In this document: positions 28,868 through 42,346 of the stretch, one piece after another
How positions within the stretch are numbered: the first letter of the stretch is position 1
Layout: each line of letters begins with the position of its first letter
Assembly (NCBI GenBank): GCA_951406725.2
Contig: OX597814.1
Coordinates: forward strand, 206,150,001 to 206,214,000
Direction of reading: 5' to 3'
DNA from: Octopus vulgaris
Lineage: Eukaryota
Length of the DNA: 64,000 nucleotides
Program-made: the position numbers and the translations under genes
Notes under the pieces: generated by a model
Told to the model about the DNA's origin: nothing
The model's input: only the letters and a program-made list of their open reading frames with translations
Databases searched by the model: none

Positions 28868-29755
28868 GGAGACAGAAAAAACAAGGAGAGAAAAAATGTG
28901 TGTAGTGGCTAACGATCTATATATATATAGGGGGAAAATAAGAAAAATCAACGAAAATGCACATTGTAAATAAAAGAAGAAAAGGCTTTTTATGAAAGGT
29001 AACGACAGATATATACATGTATATTTTATTTTCCCATGGTGGGTTCACCATCATAGGCTGCTTATGCCATTCCATCCGCAAATTCGAACCTACTAGCTGG
29101 CACTTTACATATGAACTTTCACCTCTGTAACACCACTTTATTTCTATGTAAACATAATGTGAATTTCTATGCAAACATAATGCGAACTAATGCCTAAATT
29201 CGCCCTTCCTAATACCTCCTCCCAAGAACGACTATACTCATCTATCCACCATTGGATGGAATAACATGGATCCTGGATTACACCAAGGGAAGTTCGTAGC
29301 TTATTTCCCCTTTCTGTACCTAATTCATTTCAATAAGTTGTCCTTCTCTCACAGTCTCATGTTTGCTCCTATTGTTTTTCTGATCTTTTCTATAATGACA
29401 AATACACTGCACCTATTGTTAATTGTTAATTATATGTATTAGCCCTCCTAACCACTTAGACCCTCTGAAGCAGCCTAGAGGCACACTCATCATCCAAAAC
29501 TTATCTGCCCATCCCTACAGAACACTGAAGAGATGGAGATGGCATGTAGGATTTCGTTGCTTCTTAGCAGAAACGGCCGTAAGGAACTGATCTTTTGCTC
29601 TTTCCTGTAATATTAATACATGAGTGTGTAACACATGGTTACTACATGTGTATGTTTTCTTCTAATACTTTCTAATGCTTTCGAATAAACAGACACACTG
29701 GAATGTCTACCGGATGATGCTTGCCGTTTGGTATCCACTCCATTTTCTTATTTGC

Positions 29756-29834
<79 letters not shown>

Positions 29835-29998
29835 ATAGGCGCAGGAGGGGCTGTTTCGTAAGAACCTTGCTTACCAACCACATAGTTCTGGATTCAGTCC
29901 TACTACGTAGCACCTTGGGCAAGTGTCTCCCACTGTAGCCTCGGATCGACCAAAGCCCTGAGAGTGGATTTGGTAGATGGAAACTGAAAGAATCCTGT

Positions 29999-30056
<58 letters not shown>

Positions 30057-30279
30057 TTTGTTGTTTGCGTCAGTGTTTGTCCCCCGTCCCCCTTCACTTG
30101 GCAACCGTTGTTGGTGTATTTATGTCCCCGACACTTAGCAGTTCGGCAAAAACATTGGGATAGAATAAGTACCAGGAGTGCAAAGAATAAGTCCTGTATC
30201 GATTTATTCGATTAAAACTGGTGATCCAGCATTGCCGCAATCAGATCAGTGAAACAAGTAAAAGAGTAAAATAGTAAAA

Positions 30280-30323
<44 letters not shown>

Positions 30324-30769
30324 GGGACGCACACACACACATACACACGCGCGCGGGCGCGCAAAAACACACGTGGACACACACACACACATACACACGC
30401 GCGCGGGCGCGCAAAAACACACGTGGACACACACACATATTTTCCTAGTTATTAGTGTCTTCCACTATAGCCTCGGGCTGACCAACGCCTTGTGAGTGGA
30501 TTTGGTAGAGCGAAACTGAAAGAAGCCTGTCGTTTATGTGTGTGTGTGTTTGCGCGTGTGTGCCTGTGTGTCGGGAGTTATACCCCCACCATCGCTTGAC
30601 AACCGACGTTGGTGTGTTTATGTCTCCGTAACCTAGCGGTTCTGTAAAAGATATCAATAGAATAAGTACCAGGCATACAAAGAATAAGTTTTGGAGTTTT
30701 CGACTAAAGGCTGTGCTGCAGCTTGGCCGCAGTCATCTCAAACATATAAAAGAATAAAAGAATATATAC

Positions 30770-30822
<53 letters not shown>

Positions 30823-30993
30823 TGCATATGTTTGTATGTGTGTGTGTATGTGTGTGTGTGTGTGTGAGTTACTGCAATTAAAACAATGGCTGGTTTTTGG
30901 TGTGACCTGAAATAAAGATAAGATTGTGCATTGTTTGTTGTTACATATATCTATCTATGTATATATACATACACATACATACATATATGTGTG

Positions 30994-31042
<49 letters not shown>

Positions 31043-31045
31043 ATA

Positions 31046-31185
<140 letters not shown>

Positions 31186-31929
31186 GAGAGTACTGCATGA
31201 GTACCTGCATCGTTGAAAATAGAAGTCAAAAATACGTCTCTGCTATGGCACTTTAGTAGTAGGTATCTGCCAGACCCTGAATGAGGAGAAACAGGCACTT
31301 TTGTGTGCTAATTTCGAAACCCTGGTGTCAGATTGACCAGAATTACTCGTGCTGATGTAGCAGAGCTAAGACCATTATATTGTTCACAGGATTTTTTTCC
31401 TGCCATTGCGTATATTAGATTTGTGACTGTTCCGTGGCCGAGAAGTATTTTTGACCTCTATTTTTAGCGATGCACTTATTTATGTACCACCCTCGCGTAT
31501 ATATACATGTAAGTACATATTTTATATTGTATGTATATATTCTATTAGTTTGCCTGTACAGCTGATATTCGCTTACTACTACTGATGGCATTTTAGTAGT
31601 ACAATCGCTCTATATTTACTTATAGATAGTTTCACGTATTTCTTTTGTTTAAATAGTTTTTTAGGGATGGTGGGGAAAATTTTAGTATTAGTTCGTCGAC
31701 TGATTGTGACTGAGGCGAAACAGGCACCATTTTGGTACTAATTTGAAAACCATGGCATCAGATTGACCAGCTTTACTTGTGCTCACCTAGCAGAGGTAAG
31801 ACGATTTTACTGTTCACTGGAATGTTTTCCTACCATGCCTGTATTAGATTTGTGACAGATCCGTGGCAGAAAAATATTTTTGACTTCTGTTTTTAGCGAT
31901 GCAGCTACTCATGTAGTACCCTCGTTTAT

Positions 31930-32007
<78 letters not shown>

Positions 32008-32724
32008 GAGTTATGGAGTAAACCCTGTGTTTTTATTCGGACACCCGTCAAACCTGGTCGCCTACCGTGAAATATAAAAACAACTTCTTCAGCTTATCTT
32101 ACTTCGATACGAGAAAAATCCACAAACTTCCGTCTCAATAAAGCGCTGTCTCTAAAAGATTTTTTTGTAATATTGACTACGGATTGCTTGAAGATAACTT
32201 TATTCTTAGACCTCGGTCACTGGATCTTAGATTTATATACAATTGCGGCCAAAATGTTCAGAACGGCATTGTTTTTGTCAAAAAAGTAGGTATAAGTTTT
32301 TATCAAAGTTGTTTTAATTTCTATAATTTTCACACACAATAAACACGATATTAATTGTTATTGTCTGAGATTTTGGTGTAATTTGAGAGGATAATACAAA
32401 AGTTATGGATGATTTAGTGATTTAGTGCAAAACCCATAGCGGCCAAAATGATCCACTATAGCCAAATTTAAATTAACACTGCTCCAGAACTTTTCCCACG
32501 GTGGAACAATGGTTCTTCTCTGACAGCAGTTTTACGTTTTCCAGATTCCTTTAGCTAGGCCGAAATAATGTTTTCACTACTTGACCCTTTCTAACCTCTT
32601 CTACTTCAAGAAAAGCTAGAATAGAGATAACAAGACCGCCAACTAAATCTATTGTTCTCAGTGATATATCTATCCGAGGTGGAAAACCACACCGCCATCT
32701 CTTCGGCCATCGGAAAAATTGCCG

Positions 32725-32785
32725 GATAACTGAAGAGATGGAGGCGTGGTTTTCCACCTCGGCATCCGAAACTCGGAGTTTTATC
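32725..32785 (+). ncRNA. Type I hammerhead ribozyme (duplicate of 28042-28102)
   Basis: Identical core and helices. Confidence 0.75.
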
Positions 32786-33183
32786 AGGGCAACCGAAAAA
32801 TTGTCACATATTACATTTACAGATAAATTCCTCTATCTACATAATATCGAGGTATCTTTCTTTCTTTTGTTGTATTACCTTTTTTATCAATATATATATA
32901 GGCAAGAGTTACAGAATGGCGCAGACAAGATCAGGGTTACAGCTAGGATCTAATCTACTCCATTCAGTAACTCTTGAATCCGTACACGGACAGCTGGCAA
33001 CCCTGTTCACCTACCGTGAAATATAAAAGGAACTTTTTCTGTTTATCGTACTTCGATACAAAAGAAATCCACAACCTTCTGTCTCAATAAACCACTACAG
33101 TCCCTACAAATTGTTGTTTTATATTTACTACGGATTGCATGAAGAATACTTTCTTCTTACACCTCAATCCCTGGATCATACAG

Positions 33184-33262
<79 letters not shown>

Positions 33263-33482
33263 TGACTCGTTATGGATTATAGCAGTGATTGGAACTGTTT
33301 TTTAATGAATTCTTGGGAATCTCTTAAGTGTATCATTTTTAATATTTGCGTGTGATTAGGACAAATATCCGTCAAATGTAAATAATATATATGTATACAC
33401 ACACACACACACACGCACACACATATAGTAGAAATATGTTACAAAAAGAAAATATAAAATATAAAATACACGTGGAAATGTA

Positions 33483-33660
33483 AGGGGAAAATAAGAAAAA
33501 TCAACGAAAATGCACATTCTAAATAAAAATAGAAAAGGATTTTTATGAAAGGTAACGACAGATATATACATGTATATATCTGTCGTTACCTTTCATAAAA
33601 AAGCCTTTTCTTCTTTTATTTACAATGTGCATTTTCGTTGATTTTTCTTATTTTCCCCTA
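33483..33660. repeat. Spacerless palindrome centred at 33570/33571
   Basis: 33541-33600 is a perfect 60-bp palindrome. Imperfect arms extend ~90 bp each side. Confidence 0.92.
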
Positions 33661-33720
33661 TATATATATAGATCGTTAGCCACTACACACATTTTTTCTC
33701 TCCTTGTTTTTTCTGTCTCC

Positions 33721-33756
33721 CTTTCAGTAGAAGAGCGTAAGCTCGAAACGTAAAAG
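33721..33756 (+). ncRNA. Minimal hammerhead-like motif with variant core (inverted copy of 28832-28867)
   Basis: ctttcagtagaagagcgtaagctcgaaacgtaaaag. Confidence 0.5.
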
Positions 33757-33849
33757 ACTTTTTCTATTCCTGAGCGTTATACTAATAACCTGTTTATTTT
33801 GTACACCACCTGCCTTCGTCTTTTGTTTTTCGTAAACTCTCCCTATATA

Positions 33850-33889
<40 letters not shown>

Positions 33890-33906
33890 CATATATATAT
33901 GTATAT

Positions 33907-33963
<57 letters not shown>

Positions 33964-33985
33964 TATATAGGGAGAGTTTACGAAA

Positions 33986-34024
<39 letters not shown>

Positions 34025-34029
<5 letters not shown>

Positions 34030-34680
34030 AATATGTTACATTACTCAATAGTCAAGATAAAACTCTGAGTTTCAGATGCCGAAGTGGAAATCCACAACAC
34101 CATCTCTTCGGTTATCTGGCTATTTGAAAACGCTATGAAAAAATACCGTTAAATAAAGGGAAATTACTGTGTTATAACTCTGCTTGCCTGCCTACTTATA
34201 CATCGCTCGCATTTTTCGTCATAAAAATTATATAAAAATACATAAAAATATATAAAAATATATAAAAATATATAAAATCTTCTTGGGACATAAGATAGAA
34301 AGCATGTTCTATCTGTTTTTTTTAGGGGACCAAAAACGTAACAGAAATTTAGTCACATGTAGGCATGATCCGAAAAGTTCTGTCCTTGTATTTAGACATG
34401 TAGTAGGGTCTAAGCTGCTTTTCCAGATAAGCCATCTCTCCATGTCGCATAGACCACACCTTCCGCTGCCGTTGGTATAGGGCTTACATCAGGCCAAAAT
34501 CTTCCATTGTATGTTATAATCGACACCTTTATCTCTTAAAGACCAAATATGATTAGATAATTGTGTCGCTTTTCTTTTGTTCCAGTGCCTAAAGCTCAAA
34601 GTGTGGTTATTGAACCTGGCCTTGAAATTACCCTCTGTAAGGCCCACGTATTTCTTCGTCGAAACGGTGTTTTTAGTGGT

Positions 34681-34681
<1 letters not shown>
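34025..34681 (-). mobile_element. Penelope-like element 3' end: GIY-YIG endonuclease C-terminal half plus hammerhead (34056-34116)
   Basis: Minus frame [24 protein letters not shown]...LSNHIWSL...IQWKILA*CKPY...CGLCDMER...LNTRTELFGSCLH, with one stop. Confidence 0.88.
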
Positions 34682-34766
<85 letters not shown>

Positions 34767-34774
34767 GATATATG

Positions 34775-34809
<35 letters not shown>

Positions 34810-34814
34810 ATAAC

Positions 34815-34874
<60 letters not shown>

Positions 34875-35485
34875 AGAGAGAATGTAGTATATAAGATCCA
34901 GATATCTACTCCATTCAGTAAGCATTTGATCCTTATTGGGACACCCGGCAACACTGGTCGCCTACCGTGAAATATAAAATACGAGAAAAATCGGCGATCT
35001 TCTGTTTCAATAAACATCTATTGACCCTGAAATTTGCTTTTTTTATATTTACTACTGATTGTTTGAACCTAACTTTCTTCCTATGCCACGATAACTGGAT
35101 CTTACATTAATATATATATATATATATATATATAAATATATATATGATGGAAGAAAAATGCAAAGGAGGACAATAAAACATTCGGACAGAGAGACGATAC
35201 AAAGGCGGACAGGAGAAACAACAATCAGAAGGACAGGGGGGGAAAAGACGGGGCATCCGTGGCCTTCTTCCTCAGTCAAGTTACCAGATGTCCTTACTGT
35301 TTCGGGCAGTTACACTTGAGACAATTCGATCTGGTAAAGAAATATATATGTATATATAAATATAAAAATGGAACAAAAATGCAACAGAGGACAATAAAAC
35401 ATTCGAACAGACAAACGATGAAAAGGCGGACAGGAGAAATGACAATTAAAAAAAAACAGGCAAAAAAAGACGGGTTATTCTTGGC

Positions 35486-35525
<40 letters not shown>

Positions 35526-35676
35526 CTCTGTGTGTGTGTGTGTAATTAAGGCAGCCATCGTTTTTCAATTTTACCTATGGAAATTACAACTAACGACACA
35601 AAATATATCCTTAGGATCGGGAGCCAAATTACCTGATCACTAAGCCAAGCGCCTTCACACACACACACACACTGCC

Positions 35677-35715
<39 letters not shown>

Positions 35716-36086
35716 ATTATCCATCATAGAACTTCAATTCACCCACGCACACTCACACTCTATCTACCTCTCTTTCTATTTAGTTTCTCTTCTTTCCTTT
35801 TACTGCTTAATACCCGCCCACGCTACCATTCTGTTATTGAACGTTGATATGTTCGCAACTTTTTTCTCTGGATGTCTACCATATTAGAATTTTAACCCAC
35901 ATGGATCTACGCAGGGTTGCACCCAAGGACTCATGCTCTTGTTTCTACAACTTCCGAAAGTTAAACTATGAATTATATACTTCTTTCTTCTTCTTTCTTT
36001 CCGTCTCCTTATTCTTTAATTCTCTGCCTCTCTGTCGTCATCTCATTAATACATACCATTCTCATTTTTCGTATTTTTCCCTATTT

Positions 36087-36142
36087 GTCTCTGACGACGA
36101 AATATCCCATACTCGGGGATATCCCAGAAACAGCTGTAAGAC
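36087..36142 (+). ncRNA. Type I hammerhead ribozyme
   Basis: gucu-CUGACGA-(auauccc/gggauau)-GAAA-cagcuGUA-agac. Helix III is palindromic; the base of helix II is mismatched. Confidence 0.7.
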
Positions 36143-36498
36143 TTTGAATTTCTTCCTGTAATAATATTGTATACGACTTGAGATGTTTGCCTTGCCTTAA
36201 TGCTTGTTGTCCTTTTTAGCAATTATACATCTGCTGTTTCGGAACTCAGCAATGGCTCCATAACTGCCGTCTCGGCTATAACCATGGAGACCAAATAATC
36301 CGTTACAGCATTTACCTAGCCTACCTAATCGTTTAGATCAAGATTACCTGTGAACTACCCCTCCCCCCATACTTTGTGTGTGTGTATATATATTATATGT
36401 GTGTGTGTGCGTGTGTATCTATGTATATGTTAATGTAGATGGCATACTTGTTCGCTTTTTAAAGGTTGATCTAAGATAAAGATATTTTCTTCGTTCAA

Positions 36499-36608
<110 letters not shown>

Positions 36609-36770
36609 ACACACACATGGATGTATTACTGGCAGTCTATCTTCTCATTTCGAGCACTCAACCCTGATGAAGAGTCTTTTCTCTGTATTTACTTGTCTTG
36701 TTTTCCATTTTTCTCGTTGTTTACGTATTTCATGTTATTTGCACCGTTGGTGACGTCCTGTATCTATATA

Positions 36771-36850
<80 letters not shown>

Positions 36851-36899
36851 TGTATTATTTGTTACACACACACACACACACACATGCATGCACACATAT

Positions 36900-37365
36900 A
36901 TATGGCGATGTGGCTGTTGTTGTTGTCGTCGATGCCGTCGGGGGAACTGCCCATGGCTGTCGCTGGTGTTGTCAATGTTGGTAACAGTGGAGATGGTGGT
37001 GGCATTGCTGGTTCTGTTCCTCTATCTACGGCTGCTGCTACTGGTTCTACCGGTCGTTTTGCCAGGGTTTGCTAGTACTTCAACTTCGTAGAAGGCCCCT
37101 TTGGTTTTGCAGTGGCCTTCCATGTTGCATCTTTTGCGGTCCTTGCAGGAACATCCTTCCTCGTCCCGTGGCCTAGGGCCGCTAACTAGAATGCTCTTAA
37201 TATTGGCCGACATGTAAAAGAGGCTCTAACTTTGAGCCTGTTAAAAATGTAACCGTACCTATGGGAGCTAGTGAAAAGCTTATCTATTAATTTAAGGAAT
37301 ATTCTACCTACGGGGGTTTTTGTGTTAAGAGAGATGGTGGGAGGCAAACCAAATGGTACTTCTGC
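36900..37365 (-). mobile_element. Penelope-like element fragment (RT-EN linker and first GIY-YIG motif)
   Basis: KTPVGRIFLKLIDKLF...IFNRLKVRASFTC / NIKSIL...CSCKDRKRCNMEGHCKTKGAFYEVEV. Confidence 0.8.
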
Positions 37366-37594
37366 GGTACTTCCTTCATCAAAATTTAAATTAAGAAATA
37401 TTACAACTAAAATAGGAACTTGCAAAGCACAAAATACAATATGACCTCTGCTCCGCTGGCCACAACATTTGTCTTTCTAGTAAATAAATAATAAAATAGA
37501 TTTACATTCATTTTTAAGTAAATACTCTTTATTTCAAATATTTACAAAATAACGAAACTAAAATGAATCTTCAATATTTTATGACTTTTATCTA

Positions 37595-37613
37595 TCTTGT
37601 TTTTCTCTTACAG
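37595..37613 (+). promoter_or_regulatory. Splice acceptor of a 5'-UTR intron
   Basis: tcttgtttttctcttacAG ends 10 nt before the ATG. The paralog has the same spacing. Confidence 0.7.
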
Positions 37614-37623
37614 AAAACGAAAT

Positions 37624-39833
37624 ATGGCTGCCATGCAGATGACGATAACAACAAGCAGTTCACTTTTCCTTGTGATTACTTTTATTGTCGTTCTAATATC
37701 ACTAAACATAGAAGCGAAGGAACTTGGAAATAACTGTGAAATTAAGATTTCTCCCAATGTCCATAAGATTTTATCTCGTTTAATAAGATCAGACAAAAAG
37801 GTTTTCAATTTCGATGTCCATTTATCCGATAAAAAACTTGATGACCTTCTGAAACCCGTACGACTGGATTATTTCGCAAACGCGAGACAATTTACCTGGA
37901 TTCCAGAGGAACCAGATGGTTTAATAGCGTATAAGAATTTCTATTATGATTTTTCAATTTACTCTTTGAATTTATTAGGAGCTTACATTGCTACTCCAAG
38001 AGTTGATGTCGATATAAATTGTGGGAAAGAAAATATTCAGAGATATGATTTAATACATTTGATTTTCCAGGAATTGAAGAAAATCGCAGTGATCGATACA
38101 TTAAAAATGGGAGAATCTGGTTACATGTGTTTTATTGTAAATTTGTCTCAAGACATGAAGAAGAACAGCCCTGAGTCATTGAAAGCTAACAGAAGATTGG
38201 GTATAAATCGAGAGTTGGTGAAGAACTATTGCTGTAAACTCTATAAAAATGAAAGCTATGTTTATCACTCAAAATCAATTTGTTCGGGAAATATCATGGA
38301 AAATAGTATGTTTCTCAATTATGCAAATATCGTCGGAGCAATTGTGTGGATATTTTTTCCGTTAATCGTTAGTCTTCTTTCACAAGCTAAATTGCCTTCA
38401 TTTCCGCATCAAAACACATTGCCATACAAATCAGAATGGATCAACAAAAACCATAATACTTACAGTTTCTCTCATTTTCTGTCTTGGTTATTTTGTTTCC
38501 ATAATTCCTCTTTCTTTGCCTCAAGACTAAGAAGATTCCTTTCTATTCTATTTTCTCTTTCAGTAATTTTCCTGGATCTTTTGATGCATTACTTCTTTTT
38601 ATATGAAACAGTAGAAATTCTTTACCGAGATGGTATACCATTGGGCTATCGCGCCCTAACATTAGGAATCCCAGAAAGTTATGAGAATACTGATGGCTTT
38701 TTTGGTGGTCCCTTTGTATGGTTAATCTGTTACGTATCTTTCAACTTTATCCTCTTCGTTCTTCCCAGTCGTTTAAGTGAGACTATCGCTTATAATACAT
38801 TACATCGAAGTTCCACTTGCACATTTCTCATTCAAAATATCAGATTATTAGAGAAGTATGGCAGTTTAAATGTTTCTGCACAACAGGATTATGATCTACT
38901 CTATGCAATAATGAAAGCTAATATTTCTACTGCTTTAAACCCAAATTTCTGGTATTTAATAATCCATACTTGGTTTAACCGTATCAAGAAAATTTGGTTA
39001 TATTACTACAGGAGAAATATTTTCTGGAAATTCATTACACTTTGGCTCTTTGTTTCCATTACAATTTTATTTGCTGTATTTTCTGTCTGTGAATTATTTC
39101 TGTGCCTCGTTTATTATGGAATACCAATTGTTTATTTGATTTCAAGTTTACCTTTCAGCTATTCCAATGTTTATATTTTCCCACTCTATAGGAATAATAA
39201 TCATATTTTTGAGATTGTTGCAGTACTTTTTACTATTCTATCGTTTCCATTTTATATATTGTGGGCTCTTTATTCAATCTATATATTTCTTTCAAGTTTC
39301 CAAATTCTTTGCAATTACATATTTACGATAGCTGTTACGGTTCTTGCTAAACCTGATAATGTCGGGGACGTATGGTTTGTTGCCATGTTTTTCGTGTATA
39401 CCGTTGCAATTGCGAAAGCCATTATCAAGCAGAATCAATTAGTTATAGTTCAGTCTATAAAACTCACCAAAACCGTTTGTCCAAGATTTGTTCAGGTAAA
39501 ATATGGAGAGGAATTCATAAATGCCAATTTGTTCAAGACAATTGTTAACCGTCATTTTCCATTGAGATACGAGATTGGTAAATCCATTATAAAACTGTTT
39601 CTAATCGTATCTTTTTCTTTGCTTGCAACAATATAATAAGTCGAGAAGACTTGGACTTATCAGCGTTCACAAGGTTTACTTTGATATTGATGACGTCTAT
39701 GATACCTAAATTTTTGGCAATAATTAATTCTAAATTGAGTTTTTTTACATCCATGACACATACAATTATCGAAACAATAAGTACATTTGAAGATGGCAAT
39801 GCATCACATTCCAGTTTATCAATTTCTTATTAA
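37624..39833 (+). CDS. Uncharacterised multi-pass membrane protein, paralog A (~736 aa if the 1-nt frameshift at ~39612-39616 is repaired)
   Basis: ORF from ATG 37624 is colinear with the 735-aa ORF at 51202. The C-terminus continues in the 39651-39833 frame. Signal peptide, Cys ectodomain, many TM segments, and AATAAA directly after the stop. Confidence 0.85.
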
Positions 39834-40224
39834 ATAAAAATGCTTTGAAATTTTCAGAAGGTATTTTCTGTTCTCTAAATACGTTGTATAATTCGAATAA
39901 AAGAAATCTGTATTGACGTATATAGAAATCACAGAATCACGTACACTTACAATATCCCATTATATACATACATGCATGCATACATACATACATACATACA
40001 TAAATACAGACAGATAGACAGACAAAGAGACAAGCAAACATGTAGGCAGACATGTACACACATATACATAAATGTAAATTAAATGTGTATGTATATATGT
40101 GTATGTGTGTGTATGAGTGTGTGTCCGTGTAATTTGCGACGTTGCATGTGTGTGCGGATGTAACTCCTAAACACGCGCACGCACATGTATAGGAGTTAAA
40201 TGTTTTTATCTGAGGCCGTATATT

Positions 40225-40622
40225 CGTTTCTACTCTAGGTACAAGGACTGAAATTTTGTTGCACAGGGCACGTCGATTAGATCGACCTCAGTACGCAACT
40301 GGTACTTAATTAATCGACCCCGAAAGGATGAAAGGTAAAGTCGACCTCGGCGGAGTTTGAACTCAGAACATAAAGACAGACGAAATACCTATTTCTTTAC
40401 TACCCACAAGGGGCTAAACACAGAGGGGACAAACAAGGACAGACAAACGGAATATGTCGATCATATCGGACCGCAGTGCGTAAGTGGTACTTATTTAATG
40501 GACCCCGAAAGGATGAACGGCAAAGTCGACCTCGGCGGGATTTGAACTAAGAACGTAGCAGCAGACAAAATACCGCAAGGCATTTCGCCCGGTGTGCTAA
40601 CATTTCTGCCAGCTCGCCGCCT
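40225..40622 (-). mobile_element. Dimeric tRNA-derived SINE
   Basis: Two ~185-bp units with gaccccgaaaggatgaa..gtcgacctcggcgg..tttgaact. tRNA head at the right end only. Confidence 0.8.
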
Positions 40623-41014
40623 TTTCTGAAGCCGTATATTGAAAGAAAGACGATTGCAGTGTGAAGAGAATTTAGATATAGCAAAACACAAAAACTGTTT
40701 AACTTCACTTAAATCATAATTATTAACGACAGAAGCAGTATTAGTACCAAAAAACAATCTTTATATCCAACTTAACCTGAATGATTTGTTAGAACACCCA
40801 ATACTGAGTTATTTACCTTGAGAGGACTTCTCATATTGACACATGGGGCGCACATATTCACGTCGTTCGCAAAAGAGAATCGTCTGATACGTTCGGGTAG
40901 ATGTAAACATTGCCTTCTGGTACTAATAATACTTTTGTCGTTAATAATTATTCTTTCACAAGCCTACTGACTATTTGCGACATCAGTGCCTAAGACGTCA
41001 CTGAAATACAACAT

Positions 41015-42081
41015 ATCGGTTGGTATGCGGCTACCGGACGAACTAAACAGCTTGGACAGAAAGGCAAGGAAGTTGTTAACGAGATATGGGATACTCCACC
41101 CAGAAAGTGGAACAGACAGACTTAATGTAGTAAGAAAAAGAAGGGGACGTAAGAAGGCTAGGCTTGTGTAGGATGAAAGATTGCAAAGATAAAGCACTAT
41201 ACAAGAAATCGAAAATGAATGAAACTGAAAATAGGTGGATAAAGAAAAGAATGCATGGGCAATTTCATAGAGATATTGAAAATAAGACAGACAGAGAAAA
41301 AAGATGGCTATGGATGACTAAAAGTGATTTAAAACCGAGAACAGAGACTCTAATCTGTGCTGCCTAAGAGCAAGCATTAAGAACCAATTACATCAAATAC
41401 AGAATAGACAACACTGCAGAAAGTGATAAGTACAGAGTTTGTAGACAAAATGGTGAAACCGTATGGCGTATTACCAGTCAAAGTGCGCCAGTAACCGAGA
41501 AAGGATATAAGAGAATTCACGAAAATAGAGCAAAGATTGTCCATTGGACACTTTGCAACAAGTATAAACTCGACAAAGTAAAACAGTGGTATAAACATAA
41601 ACCCGAAATCATCATCGAAAATGATAATGCAAAGATCCAGTGGGATTTTATGATTGAGTGCGACAATGAGATAGAGGATAGGAAACCAGAAATAGTCTTA
41701 ATTGAGAAAGAAAGGAAACGATGCTGGATCATAAATATAGCGTGCCCAGCTGACAAGAAGTAATGCGATAAAAAAGAAAGAAAAGTCGATAGATGTAACA
41801 GGTTAGCTTGGGAGGTTAAGCTGTTGTGGTCGATGAAAAAGGTGGTAGTAGTACCAATAATTGTTGGAGCCCTGGGAAAAGTGAGTAAAAATCTTGAGAA
41901 ATATATGAAACAAATCGGGCTGCAATAAGGGCGGAGCACTTGTAGAAAACAGCACTGCTTGGAACCGATCGAATATTCCGGATGGTGCTCAAAAAATAAG
42001 GGGTGTTACCTTAGTTCAGTGGTAGTGGACAGCTGACACCGTAGTACATCTCCAGCATTAGAAGCTGTGCAAAGACAACAA

Positions 42082-42082
<1 letters not shown>
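41015..42082 (+). mobile_element. Decayed R4-like LINE 3' part
   Basis: LDRKARKLLTRYG, MHGQFHR, ETLICAA and REL remnants with stops. Followed by (AAT)n. Confidence 0.8.
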
Positions 42083-42116
<34 letters not shown>

Positions 42117-42346
42117 TAATGGTGATGATGATGATGATGATGATGATGACGATGACGATGACGATGGTGGTGGTGGTGGTGGTGGTGATGGTGGTGGTGA
42201 TGATGATGATGATGATGATGAGAAGAAGAAGAAGAAGAAGAAGAAGAAGAAGGAGAAGGAGAAGAAGAAGAAGAAGAAGAAGAAGAAGAAGAAGAAGAAG
42301 AAGAAGAAGAAGAAGAAGAAGAAGAAGAAGAAGAAGAAGAAGAAGA
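42083..42346 (+). repeat. Compound (AAT)(GAT)(GGT)(AAG) microsatellite
   Basis: Direct reading. Confidence 0.95.

Noticed and set aside
35255-35335. Minus-strand GAAAC...CUGAGGA as a permuted hammerhead
   Set aside because: Helices I and II could not be paired convincingly.
36655-36680. ctgatgaagag hammerhead core
   Set aside because: No helix II partner or GAAA follows, so it is at most a truncated half.
37597-37623. N-terminal extension MFFSYRKRN of paralog A
   Set aside because: It starts at a TTG inside the polypyrimidine tract and crosses the predicted acceptor. The paralog starts at the equivalent ATG.
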